Part shown: piece by piece, positions 39,680-51,700 of the stretch
How positions within the stretch are numbered: position 1 is the stretch's first letter
How the letters are laid out: each line of letters starts with the position of its first letter
Assembly: GCA_964016885.1 (NCBI GenBank)
Contig: OZ024750.1
Span: forward strand, 51,646,001-51,710,000
From: Eledone cirrhosa
Lineage: Eukaryota
Reading direction: 5' to 3'
DNA: 64,000 nucleotides
Notes under the pieces: model-generated
The model's input: only the letters and a program-made list of their open reading frames with translations
What the model was told of the DNA's origin: nothing
Database searches by the model: none
Translations under genes and position numbers: made by a program

Positions 39680-42112
39680 TTAACTGTATACTTTGTGAAA
39701 AGTCCTATGGAATTTATGCAGGCAGATAGAAAATAAATCTGTACGTCTATTTATTATAGAATCTAGGTTAGAGATAATGGTAAATTTTTCATTTAGGCAG
39801 AGATTACAGATTTTAGATAGAGAGCTGTTCAAGTATGAGGATGCAGAAGAAACCTTCTTCCAAAAGATGGTATATTTAATGTTTTTGTCTTTTAAGGACC
39901 ATATGAGTTCTGAGAGAGCAGTGTTGGTTCTTTTAAGTTTGTATTTGAAAGATGAATGATGATTATAGAGACGAGCTTTAAAAGAGGTGGAAGTGGAGCC
40001 AAAATAGGTGAAGGAATTGGTGCTAGTTATAATTTTACATTCATAAATTAAGTTTTTATCGAGACAATGGTTGTTGAGAGGACATTTATTTTTAATGCGG
40101 CAGTTGCAATTAGAGAGATTATTAATGAGTGACCTAGTGTTATCTATAGAAGGAATTGGATTGGAGAAGTTGTTTGCGATAGGAATAATAGGAATAATAG
40201 TTTCTTGATTTAGAGTTGGATTATGAACATTTAGCGAAGTTGTGTTTGACGTTGTATTTGGGTTTACAGAAGTTAGCCTAGGGTTTACAATGACGTCGGG
40301 AGTACTATTACTGTTATTATGAAATTCAATGTTGGAAGGAAGAGATTTAGTATTTAGTATTTTATTGTTGTGTTTAGAGATGATGTTGGAAATATTGGAG
40401 GATGTAGAATAAGAAAATTTGATGGTGTGTTTGTTAAATATTTTACTATAGATATGTGAGGGAGGGAAGCATTTATTTAAGGCACTAAAAAATAATTTAG
40501 GAATATTGTTATTAATAGAGATGGAGAAAGGAGCATTATACCAGATTATGTTTTTGTATCTAGGTCTTTTATTAAAATTATTGGAATGGTCATGATTAAT
40601 TATTCTACTGTAAGTTTTTCTAGAATTTGTTTCTTTACTATATTTGATTTTATCTGGGTAGCCGGCTTTAGAAAGTGCGTTATTATAGTAATTGGCGTTA
40701 GCATCAAAGATGTTTTTATTAGAGGATATGTTAGATATTCTTTTTCCAATATTACTAACTATAGCATTCTTGATATTGGTAGGATGGTTAGATTTAAAGT
40801 TAACATAATTTAGGTTCTCATTGTTTTTATGGTAAGGGTAATATAGGCCAGTGTCAAGATTAAGAGATACATCCAAGAAATTAGCTAGTTTGATACTATT
40901 ATCAAATTCAATTTTTAGGTTATGTTGGTTAAAGAGATTACGTATATTGTTCTTAATAATATTAAGGTTAACTATATTGCAATTTAGGATCGTAAAGAGT
41001 CCATCGTCACGATAAATTCCACCGCGAAGTTGAGGAATTTTCCGACTCAAAGAGTTCAAAATGAAGATACCAATTAAATCAGTCAATTGGGATAAATCGG
41101 ATGCTCCCATTGTGATATCGAAGTTGTTAGAGGTATCGGCTCTGGTCCAATATTCGTTGTTGAACTCTAGGATGGTTTTACGTGCGGTGAGGATGATGTG
41201 AAGTTCATCTGTGGTGATGTCAGAATATTTAAGTGCGAAAGATAGAGCATTATTGAGAAGTGAAGGCGAAATGAAGGAATAGTAGCTGGCAATATCAAAT
41301 TGAATAAATTTTAGTTTGTTTTTATTATCCAATTTGTTGAACCAGCCAATCACCTCAGAAGTACCAAACCATAAATATAGGTTCAAAGAAGAGCAATTAG
41401 AACTAACCTGTGGGATAATTCTATCCAAGATGGCTTTACTAACAACCCCCAGATCAGATTTAGAGGGGGCGATTAATCTAACAGGTAGTTCAGTGCGAAA
41501 ATTGTTTTTATGATCCTTGAGATTTATCCTCGGAGTTCTTGGGAGGAATGGTTCGGTCTTTTTTTCAATGCCAAGTTTTGACATAATCTCAGAGGCTTCA
41601 AGGTTTATGTATTCTAAATTTTCATGGTTGGTTTTACGATACTTTTTCCTAAGTACCTTTAGGATAAGGTTGTTATAATTATCCTTGGAAATACCATATA
41701 AGTTATTGGTTTTGTCAGAGTGGACTAAAACATTTTTTGAGGAATTTAGGTTAGAGATTGTGTTCTTGAGATTTACAAGGTGCTTTTGTCCTTTGTAAGG
41801 GTATCTCTTGAATTTAAGATTTTTTATTATTTTAGTTAATTCTTCCTCGAATTGTACTAGATTTTTGTTAGAAGGAGGATTTCGTCTAGAATTAAAAAGA
41901 TGATCGAGGAAGTTATGTTCTTTGGTATGGAAGTTCCCTTTTAGGCGCTGGTCATAGAAATAGGCTGTCCATCTAAGTCTTCTTACGAAGGAGTCAGTTT
42001 TTTCAATAAGAAGTTTGGTGAATTCAGATTTACCAGGTATAGGAATGTCTTTAGTTGAATTGGTTATGTTGTAATAATCCATGTTGTAGAAGAAGAGGTG
42101 AAGGACCATCAA
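39680..42112 (-). CDS. PLE reverse transcriptase with C-terminal GIY-YIG endonuclease (likely start ATG at 42082)
   Basis: 810-aa open frame: STKDIPIP..FVRRLRWTAYF, QFDIASYY, ITMGASD, IYRDDGL, FLDVSLNL, CNC..CPL..CL, LIY..YFGST..FKARLYNH, CNLC..EK..CLH. Confidence 0.93.
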   Translation of the reverse strand: MMVLHLFFYNMDYYNITNSTKDIPIPGKSEFTKLLIEKTDSFVRRLRWTAYFYDQRLKGNFHTKEHNFLDHLFNSRRNPPSNKNLVQFEEELTKIIKNLKFKRYPYKGQKHLVNLKNTISNLNSSKNVLVHSDKTNNLYGISKDNYNNLILKVLRKKYRKTNHENLEYINLEASEIMSKLGIEKKTEPFLPRTPRINLKDHKNNFRTELPVRLIAPSKSDLGVVSKAILDRIIPQVSSNCSSLNLYLWFGTSEVIGWFNKLDNKNKLKFIQFDIASYYSFISPSLLNNALSFALKYSDITTDELHIILTARKTILEFNNEYWTRADTSNNFDITMGASDLSQLTDLIGIFILNSLSRKIPQLRGGIYRDDGLFTILNCNIVNLNIIKNNIRNLFNQHNLKIEFDNSIKLANFLDVSLNLDTGLYYPYHKNNENLNYVNFKSNHPTNIKNAIVSNIGKRISNISSNKNIFDANANYYNNALSKAGYPDKIKYSKETNSRKTYSRIINHDHSNNFNKRPRYKNIIWYNAPFSISINNNIPKLFFSALNKCFPPSHIYSKIFNKHTIKFSYSTSSNISNIISKHNNKILNTKSLPSNIEFHNNSNSTPDVIVNPRLTSVNPNTTSNTTSLNVHNPTLNQETIIPIIPIANNFSNPIPSIDNTRSLINNLSNCNCRIKNKCPLNNHCLDKNLIYECKIITSTNSFTYFGSTSTSFKARLYNHHSSFKYKLKRTNTALSELIWSLKDKNIKYTIFWKKVSSASSYLNSSLSKICNLCLNEKFTIISNLDSIINRRTDLFSICLHKFHRTFHKVYS

Positions 42113-43453
42113 AAGGTATCCAATACATTAACTTGCTCCTTAACGGTTGAACGCTTACTCTCATATTGGATACCTTTCTCAGAACACTGCTCTCTCAGAA
42201 CTCATATGGTCCTTAAAAGACAAAAACATTAAATATACCATCTTTTGGAAGAAGGTTTCTTCTGCATCCTCATACTTGAACAGCTCTCTATCTAAAATCT
42301 GTAATCTCTGCCTAAATGAAAAATTTACCATTATCTCTAACCTAGATTCTATAATAAATAGACGTACAGATTTATTTTCTATCTGCCTGCATAAATTCCA
42401 TAGGACTTTTCACAAAGTATACAGTTAATATTCAATTCTTTATCAATTTAGAATCTTTTCTCAAAGGCACATATACATACACCTCTTTAAAATATACCCA
42501 TCTTCCCACCTTACTTTAAAGGGCATTATACACTCTATAATACTTGTTTACTCATTACCCTCATTCTATCTTCACCTTGTAAAATCCTTCATAACATATA
42601 CATTTATTTTTTTGACGTTAGAATATTCATCCGCTATCATTATTATTTTTTCTCTCTATCATAAATCTTTTTAATCTCAATTTCATCCTTAATTTATTAT
42701 TTTTTTTCTCCCCATCAACGAACTCATTCTTAATACATATTAACTCTTTATTCGCATATATTATCAATTCCTTCAATATACAAACTTTAACTTTACATTA
42801 TTTTTCTCAAATCCTTCTACACACAAACCTTAATAATTTTTCTCTTCGTTAATTTTGAAATTGCCACAATACTTATCAACACACACTTTTTTTGACGTTA
42901 GAATATTCATCACAATTATTATTTTTTCTCTCTATCTTCATACATAAATTCCCTTCGTTAATTTTCAAATTCCTTTAATTTATACATTATCTTCCAACGG
43001 TTCTCAACCTCTCTATGTAAAACAATATATCTTTTTCTCAAATATAAAAACTATCTCTTTCTCTCTATCACCCATCTCTCCCTCTCCACCTTCACTCTCA
43101 TCTCCTCCCCCTTTTTTCATCCTTTACACCCCCCCTCCCTAAATAAAATATTCTTTCCTCGCACATATCCTCCCTTCGTTAATTTTCAAATTTTTAATTT
43201 ATACATTATCTTCCAACGGTTTTCAACCTCTCTATGTAAAACAATATATCTCCTCTCAGTTATAAAAACTATCTCTTTCTCTCTATCACCCATCTCTCCC
43301 TCTCATCTCCTCCCCTTTTTCATCCTCCCCCCCCCCTCTCTAAATAAAATATTTTTCCCAATATCACACATCAATCTAAAACCACTTTTCATATGTTGAT
43401 TTAAAACTGCACTATCCACAAGTGTTTTTTAGCCTTCATATCATGTTCTCCTG

Positions 43454-43520
43454 TTTTATCTGATGAAAACACAAATATTATTGCATGATGATGTTTGTTT
43501 TTGAAATGCGCATAATAAAA
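43454..43520 (+). ncRNA. Type I hammerhead ribozyme (inverted arm copy)
   Basis: Inverted copy of 38589-38655. Confidence 0.85.
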
Positions 43521-43552
43521 TACATGGAACTCCTTTAACCATCTTTTGATCT

Positions 43553-43634
<82 letters not shown>

Positions 43635-43638
<4 letters not shown>

Positions 43639-43910
43639 CGTTTTTGAAGTTGTTTTGCGATATTTCTTATCTGAAAACGTGTGTTGAAACAGATATTGTT
43701 ATACTTTGGGAGGGTCATGTTGCGAATAAAAACACACGCACCTGTTGGTTTTCACTTCAACTTATTATAAATTTCCAGTTGATTGGTTGGTTCGATAACC
43801 GGAAAGTTGTTTATCTATTGTCAAAGCTCTTTCGTCACACATTCTGTGACCTCCTCAGGGACTAGGTTTTTATTTTGTATCTCTCCTTTGTTCTGTCCTA
43901 CAAGTTCTGT
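43635..43910 (-). mobile_element. PLE-type 3' end (family of 34091-34688)
   Basis: Sequence match; abuts (AT)n. Confidence 0.7.
43819..43863 (-). ncRNA. Minimal hammerhead motif
   Basis: gtcc-CTGAGGA-ggtcaca(gaatg)tgtgac-GAAA-gagc-TT-tgac. Confidence 0.6.
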
Positions 43911-44147
43911 CCCTTAAGTTCTCCGGGCCCCAACCTCAACTCCTGCCGTAGTCATCTTTACCTTTCATTCTTTGGGGTTGATTAATAGGTGACAACATCC
44001 TAAGGTGGTGTAAAGGTAATGTTGTTCGCAGCTGTGATGTATTGAAATATTTCTTCAAGGTTCAAATACCACCACTAGAACATTCCATTCAACCGGAACT
44101 TGGTCAGCGTGGATAGGTTGGGCTAAAACTAGTTTGTGAGATAGAGA

Positions 44148-44463
44148 GGTACCAGTTATATTCTGAGTTAAGTTTGTTATCACAGCCAACTGTCATATAG
44201 ACCAAGTCGATAGGAGGGGTACCAGTTATATTCTGAGTTGTTTATTGTCACAGCCAACTTTCATATAGACCAAGTCGATAGGAGAGGTACCAGTTATATT
44301 CTGGGTTGGTTGTCGTCACAGCCAACCGTCATATAGACCAAGTCGATAGGGGAGGTACCAGTTATATTCTGGGTTGGTTGTCGTCACAGCCAACCGTCAT
44401 ATAGACCAAGTCGATAGGGGAGGTACCAGTTATATTCTGAGCTGTTTATTGTCACAGCCAACG
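44148..44463. repeat. About 68-bp minisatellite, about 4.6 copies
   Basis: ggtaccagttatattctg recurs at 44148, 44218, 44286, 44354 and 44422. Confidence 0.9.
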
Positions 44464-44572
44464 ACTGGTATTTGATGTTTGTGCTTTATGTTCACATCAC
44501 GCTCAGTTCAACTTTATCTTCCATCGTTCTGAGGTCGATAAATAATGTACCTATCACGTTTTCTTTCTCAGA

Positions 44573-44639
<67 letters not shown>

Positions 44640-45247
44640 GGAATCAATTAATTTGTGTTTGACAACGTATTTGACAAATATTTATTCTGGGTGTGTGTAA
44701 TGTATAGTTTTTGGCTATGTATATTTGTATGTATGTGTCTGTGGTTATGTGTGTGTATGTATGTATGTGTAAGCTCGTTGCGTATGCATGCCCGTGTGTA
44801 TGTGTATATATATACTTTAAAAAAAAAAGAAATGGCGTATTTTTTCAAGATGGTGTCTTTGTTAAGAACACACTAACCGCAATATAAAAATGCATTGACT
44901 TCATTCTAGAATAATTCAAACTAGAACACAAACATTGCTCCCGGCTGCTTCCATCTCTTCTTTCAAGCGGTTCACTACAGGAATCAATATTATTATGCAA
45001 CAAAAAATATATTCACCGGAAGCTATAACAAATTACAAATACCTTAAATGTTTATGTTTTATGGCCATCTCACTAAACACAGAAGATTGAACATCAAACA
45101 TTGGTAGCAGGATATTTTATTTTTTTATTTTTTATTGCGTGTGGAATAGAAATGTATTCTGCAATCGTTTTTCATTTTTTTTTATGGTGACGCCACATCT
45201 TTTTAATATTCTATTTCAGTAAATCGCCTCAAACTATGAAGGGATAG

Positions 45248-45289
<42 letters not shown>

Positions 45290-45441
45290 TTGAATTTTGA
45301 CCTTTTGAAGGTAAAAAAATATTTAATAAAAACTTGAATATTTTCAATAAATTATCTGTTCTTTCGTAGGAAAATATATGACGCTACATAAATGTATGAT
45401 ATCATTGATTGGTTATAAGATAAACAGAATGTAGATAAACA

Positions 45442-45473
<32 letters not shown>

Positions 45474-45794
45474 ATAACGGGGATCAAGCGAATCTATGAC
45501 GGCTGTGTATTCGGTGACTTATATATTATGGTTTGATGTGCAACAATGTGGTCTGTGTAAGGTCTTTTAGCAGTAAGATGCATAGTTTCCAGAAATTTTG
45601 GTCTAATTTTGGTGCAATTGCTTATCTCAAACTAAGGTTAAAACTATTCCCTTATTAGTTCTTGGTATACGTTCTCATATGTTCCAAATTTCTATAGTAA
45701 AAAAGTACTTTCCCTCTTCTATGCATTGTGTTTCTTTTCCTCTGAACACAAGACTCATTACCACACTTCATTCCCCTTCAAAATAGATACAATT

Positions 45795-47272
45795 ATAGCT
45801 TAGATGAGAACATAGCTTAGATGAGAACATAGCTTAGATGAGAACATAGTTTAGATGAGAACATAGCTTAGATGAGAACATAGCTTAGATGAGAACATAG
45901 CTTAGATGAGAACATAGCTTAGATGAGAACATAGCTTAGATGAGAACATAGCTTAGATGAGAACATAGTTTAGATGAGAACATAGCTTAGATGAGAACAT
46001 AGCTTAGATGAGAACATAGCTTAGATGAGAACATAGCTTAGATGAGAACATAGTTTAGATGAGAACATAGCTTAGATGAGAACATAGCTTAGATGAGAAC
46101 ATAGCTTAGATGAGAACATAGTTTAGATGAGAACATAGCTTAGATGAGAACATAGCTTAGATGAGAACATAGCTTAGATGAGAACATAGCTTAGATGAGA
46201 ACATAGCTTAGATCAGAACATAGTTTAGATGAGAACATAGCTTAGATGAGACCATAGTTTAGATGAGAACATAGTTTAGATGAGAACATAGTTTAGATGA
46301 GACCATAGTTTAGATGAGAACATAGTTTAGATGAGAACATAGTTTAGATGAGAACATAGTTTAGATGAGAACATAGTTTAGATGAGAACATAGCTTAGAT
46401 GAGAACATAGTTTAGATGAGAACATAGTTTAGATGAGAACATACCTTAGATCAGAACATAGTTTAGATGAGAACATAGCTTAGATGATAACATAGTTTAG
46501 ATGAGAACATAGTTTAGATGAGAACATAGTTTAGATGAGAACATAGTTTAGATGAGAACATAGCTTAGATGAGAACATAGTTTAGATGAGAACATAGTTT
46601 AGATGAGAACATAGTTTAGATGAGAACATAGTTTAGATGAGAACATAGTTTAGATGAGAACATACCTCAGATCAGAACATAGTTTAGATGAGAACATAGC
46701 TTAGATGAGAACATAGCTTAGATGAGAACATAGTTTAGATGAGAACATAGTTTAGATGAGAACATAGTTTAGATGAGAACATAGTTTAGATGAGAACATA
46801 GTTTAGATGAGAACATAGCTTAGATGAGAACATAGCTTAGATGAGAACATAGTTTAGATGAGAACATAGTTTAGATGAGAACATAGTTTAGATGAGAACA
46901 TAGCTTAGATGAGAACATAGCTTAGATGAGAACATAGTTTAGATGAGAACATAGTTTAGATGAGAACATAGTTTAGATGAGAACATAGCTTAGATGAGAA
47001 CATAGCTTAGATGAGAACATAGTTTAGATGAGAACAAAGTTTAGATGAGAACATAGCTTAGATGAGAACATAGCTTAGATGAGAACATAGTTTAGATGAG
47101 AACATAGTTTAGATCAGAACATAGTTTAGATGAGAACATAGTTTAGATGAGAACATAGCTTAGATGAGAACATAGCTTAGATGAGAACATAGCTTAGATG
47201 AGAACATAGTTTAGATGAGAACATAGTTTAGATGAGAACATAGCTTAGATGAGAACATAGCTTAGATCAGAA
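45795..47272. repeat. 17-bp satellite (catagYttagatgagaa), about 87 copies
   Basis: Seen directly; homogeneous, no spacers. Confidence 0.97.
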
Positions 47273-48786
47273 TCATGTAATCCACAGATTCAACAAAAGA
47301 AAGACATATGACATCTTGCTCCGAATTAGTTTCCTCAACTCTTCTTTTGATGAAGGGATTTTATCCCGAAATATTAAGGACTATTAAATAACTCCAAGGT
47401 AACATTCGGGCGTCCTTCTTATTATTTTTAACATTTGCATTGTTGCAGCCCTCTTATAAAACACTATTTTCTACACTTTACACAACGCTTCAAGCAAAGT
47501 ACAACACACTCTTTCAAAGAAAGACATTCCGCTGGTATAGTATCATTGAAAGGGAGAAAATCATCGATGATATTGGAGTAGCAATGAAATCGCAATTAAA
47601 GAAATTGTTTTCCTGCTCAATCTTTCTAGTGATAACTATGCAACCATAAAGTAGAATCTTACGTCGAGGTTCGAACTCAGAGTATAGAAAGCTGAAATAA
47701 ATGCCGCAAATCTGTTAATCCGACGCTCTAACATATATTGCTGTATACTGCAAGAGAGGGAGTATATACTTTTCAATTCTTATTTACTTAGTCTCCTAGT
47801 TGCAGCGTAACAAATAATATTACATCACGTGATGATGCCAGTTCCTGCTATTTTAATTGCAACGTACATAGAATTTATAGCTTTCCGTGCTTCAACCATT
47901 GCATTTAATGCTTCATGTGTGTGGCTTCCAGAACGAAAGCTGTTTCCGATTCGGAATTGTTGGAAAAAAAATGTATGAATTTTTGCTTTGCAAATGTTAT
48001 AAAAATGCTCACATCACTAATACGTTTTTGTTTTTTATGGTATTAGATATTATACTGCTGTTTTTATAGATATAATTAACTTCATTATAAAATGTTCTCT
48101 TTCCCCTTTTTCCCTAACATTGAATGTCAAGGCCATTATGTCAGAGTAAGCAAAAAAAAAATGGCTGAACAGTTATAAAGGTTTAAATGGAGAATAAAAA
48201 CTATTTGGAATGTTTCTTTTTTTCTTTTCACATTTTTATTTGTGTGTTTTTTTAATTTTGTTTTTTGTTTGTTTTTTATGTGAATCTCGGTATTCGTACT
48301 TTAAATTCTTGATTAATGAGATCTAATACGTTTTTCTTCCTCCCATTAATGTCATGTTGTTATGGTGACGGATTGACACAATTGTTGGACAAATTGCCTT
48401 ACTGTATTTACGCTCTTTACGTCCTGAGTTCAAATAACACTGATGTCAACTTTGCCTTTCATCCTTCCTAATGACGATATAATTGACTTATTCTTCCCAA
48501 AATATTTCTGGCCTTGTGCCTAAATTATAAACCATTAGTGTCATGTTTTCTATCGTTCTTGTGACATGATCTTCCTGTGCCTCTTCTTCCATCATCTGTA
48601 TTAATATGTTCAATGTAAAGTGAAGAGGTGAAGGTTTAAGGATAACTCTTTCCTTTCTTCCCACCAGTCTAGGAGATCCTGGCAAAAATTAACAGTTGCC
48701 CTTTCCTCCCTAATTAAACGGGGAAAGGAAATATGAAATTAACACCTTAAAAAGGAAATTCTCTAATACCTTCATTATTCAATACG

Positions 48787-48972
48787 TGGATTGACAGTAT
48801 CGGTAGAGTGTCGGACGCTATGCTTTGACGTATAGACTTACGACCCTTGCCATTCTGAGTTCGAATACCGCCGAGGTTAACTTTTCCTTTCATCCTTACG
48901 GGGTCAATAAAATAAAGTACCAGTAATGCACTGGGTAATTGCTGGCCTTGTGCAAAAAAGTAGAAACAATTA
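48787..48972 (+). mobile_element. tRNA-derived SINE
   Basis: A box, B box gagttcgaatacc and core; a degenerate copy also lies at 48362-48530. Confidence 0.85.
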
Positions 48973-49009
48973 TTGAATACTTGTAAACGGACCTAATACT
49001 TTCAAGTTT

Positions 49010-50050
49010 CTTTGGGTTGTTTTTTTGTGACGCTAAACTCCGCCATTTGCAGACTGCGCATCAACATGAGATACTCTTCACCACAAAGTTCGATCACCAA
49101 CAGCACAAAGATCAAGTCCAGTCCATAGGTTGACATTATCAAGTCATCGGTTTGGCTGCCGGCTTCTGCTTCTCTTACCAGCCAACCTTCCTTCCAGGCA
49201 TAACCTACTCACGAGTTTATCTTTTTTATATGACCGTGTAGTTTGAGTACTCTTGACCTGACAATTGATGTAATTGGTCTAAGTTTGGTAATGTTGAGCA
49301 GCTGACTGATACAGATACAGTCACTGAACCGCTTGCCAGCCATAAGTCTCATGATGTGGTTCTGGAATGTAGAGAGCTTCTGAAGTGACCTTGTTCTCCA
49401 ATTAACACACTCAAGACCATATAACACAACTGGTAGGATGTAAGTATCAAATATTTTAGCCTTCAAATGGTAGGAAACTCATTTTGATGTTAGTACTTCC
49501 TTGTTCTTGTTGAAAGCTGCCTAGCCTAGAGCGATGCGATACTGCACAGCAACCATTCCATTGTTGTTTGATGATAGTTTGTGACAGAGATATACAAACT
49601 CCGGAACTTGAGCAATTTGCTGGCTGTAGATTGTGAGTTGTGGATTGGCATTGTTTTTTATCAGTTGCCATACACTTTGTTTTGGAGATGTTGATGCGTA
49701 AGTCAGCCTCCAGCGAATGTTTGACCAGTACATTCAGAACATCTTGCAGATCAGTTCTAGAGTAACTCATGATGGCCAGATCGTCTGCATAGCTAAGATT
49801 TGATAGTATTTTACCTTCAGTTTGGTAGATAAGTGCAACTATACAGAAAAGAAGTGCTGATAGTACACCCCCCTGCATAACTCCCTTCAAGATGTCTAAA
49901 GACCGTGTAGTTCCCAAATCTGTTTTGATATGTGTTGTTGAGTTAGTGTAAGTTTCTTTCAGTAGGTTGATGTATTTATTTGTTAATTGACGTTTTGTTT
50001 AAGAGTTGCCACATGTTGGGTAGTTTCACGTTGTGAAAAGCTTTTGTGAA
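49010..50050 (-). mobile_element. Decayed RTE-clade LINE fragment
   Basis: KGVMQGGVLS..LF, LSYADDLAI, INISKTKCM, EFVYL, ILPVVLYGLEC, LKLHGHI. Confidence 0.85.
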
Positions 50051-50425
50051 GTCAATGAAGGTGATGTGCAGCTTTCTTTGAAGTTACGTAACTGCAATAC
50101 AATAATATCAATAATAATAATATCAATAATATACAATAACAGTACAATTATCAACGTCGTACCGTTACACATTACTTTAGTGATTCCGTTGCAGGTCTGT
50201 GTACCAACAATATTGAAACATTGTTGGTAAAATATTAGAATCAATGGCAGTGAATGTGTAGTGAATGCCTGTAGACGGGGGTCAATAGATGAATGCCTGT
50301 ATAAATAGACATTGGTGTCCTAGAGTAGCAGCATTGCGTACTTTCATATATTTCTAAACTATATCACTGAGAGACATAAGGGGATTAAACTGGGGCCCCT
50401 CGCTGAACATATCATCAACGGTTAT

Positions 50426-50610
50426 TGGTGGATTGACAGTATCGGTAGAGGGTCGGACGCCATGCTTTCCAGCATAGTTACGTCCCTTTACGATCTGAGT
50501 TCAAATCCCGCCGAGGTTGACTTTGCCTTTCATCCTTACGGGGTCGATAACATAAAGTACCAGTAATGCACTGGATAATTGCTGGCCTTGTGCCTAAAGT
50601 AGAAACAATT
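50426..50610 (+). mobile_element. tRNA-derived SINE
   Basis: Full-length match to the 28570 and 62583 copies; a degenerate copy lies at 50920-51110. Confidence 0.9.
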
Positions 50611-51700
50611 ATGTATTATTTTTGGTAATAAAAACGTATTTGAAAACTTTTAAATATTGTTCTGGTGAGGTTGAGGTATCTGGCTGAAACAGAATTAGTC
50701 TCCCCCACCCCGCCTTCACCCATAATCCGCAACAAATGAGAGATATCCTTTGTATCTTTTATTCTAAAAAAAGAATTGTGTAAATGTTAAAAGCTGAAAA
50801 TATTTGAGAATGAAAGTAGCAAGCAACTTAGTAATGTATATTTTCATTGTAGACGTGTCAGTTCTTTAGGTCGTCTGCTGAAATTAATATTTATATATCT
50901 CCAGCTCTCAGTCATAAGGATGGTGGATTTGTAGAATTGGCAGAACGTCTGATAAAACGCCATTGTGGTATTTGTTCTGGCTCTTTACATTCTAAGTTTA
51001 AATTCTGCCACGTTCAACTTACCCTTTAATCATTCAAGGATCGATAAAATAAATTAGCAGTCAAGTACTGGGGTTGATTTAAACAACTTTGCTAGCCTTG
51101 TGTCTAAATTATCAATATAATGATTCCGTATATGGACATTGATGTAATTTAGTGCATAATTTAGCTCGAGTGCAAATTCTTTCAAGTGTGTGACTTGAAA
51201 TAGAATGTGACCTTACATTGAATTGACATGTGACCTTACAGTGAATTGACATGTGACTAGTTACACATATATCTTAACATAATGGGGCTATTATAATAAA
51301 ACACCCTCTGGCTGTTATTAAATAAGTATTTCGAGTATTTTCCAGATATTTCTGTTATAAAATAAAAACAAATAAAATAAAATAGCTTCATTAGATGTTC
51401 TTTTCGTTCTGAATTCAAATTCCACTGCAGCCTACTTATGTGGGAGGTTTAATCCATCGCCCACATTAACACATCTACCTCGCCCTTGGCCACATTTAAT
51501 GGAGTCTACTCCTTGTAATCATTGAAACCAAGTCTCCAGTTTGAGGATACCCTCTTCGCCCCCACCAGTATCTGAAAACAGGTGAATTGCCCTTCTGTTA
51601 CTGGCTAAAACACTGGAAAAAAATCACACCCTTCCGTCTTTAAAAAAAAAGGAGGATACATTAGCCATTGTATACCTCGACATAACACATCAGAAACTCA

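Larger units (their letters stand above)
38463..43560 (-). mobile_element. Apparently intact Penelope-like element (Naiad-type) with inverted terminal arms
   Basis: Arms 38549-39925 and 42183-43560 are essentially identical inverted copies; extra tail 38463-38548; (AT)n on both sides; intact ORF. Confidence 0.92.

Noticed and set aside
39680-42112. Selenocysteine recoding as reported for some Naiad elements
   Set aside because: The ORF has no in-frame TGA and ends in TAA; Cys codons in the 32309-32569 fragment are also ordinary.
42147-42428. 93-aa ORF as a separate gene
   Set aside because: It is the inverted duplicate of the PLE endonuclease C-terminus.
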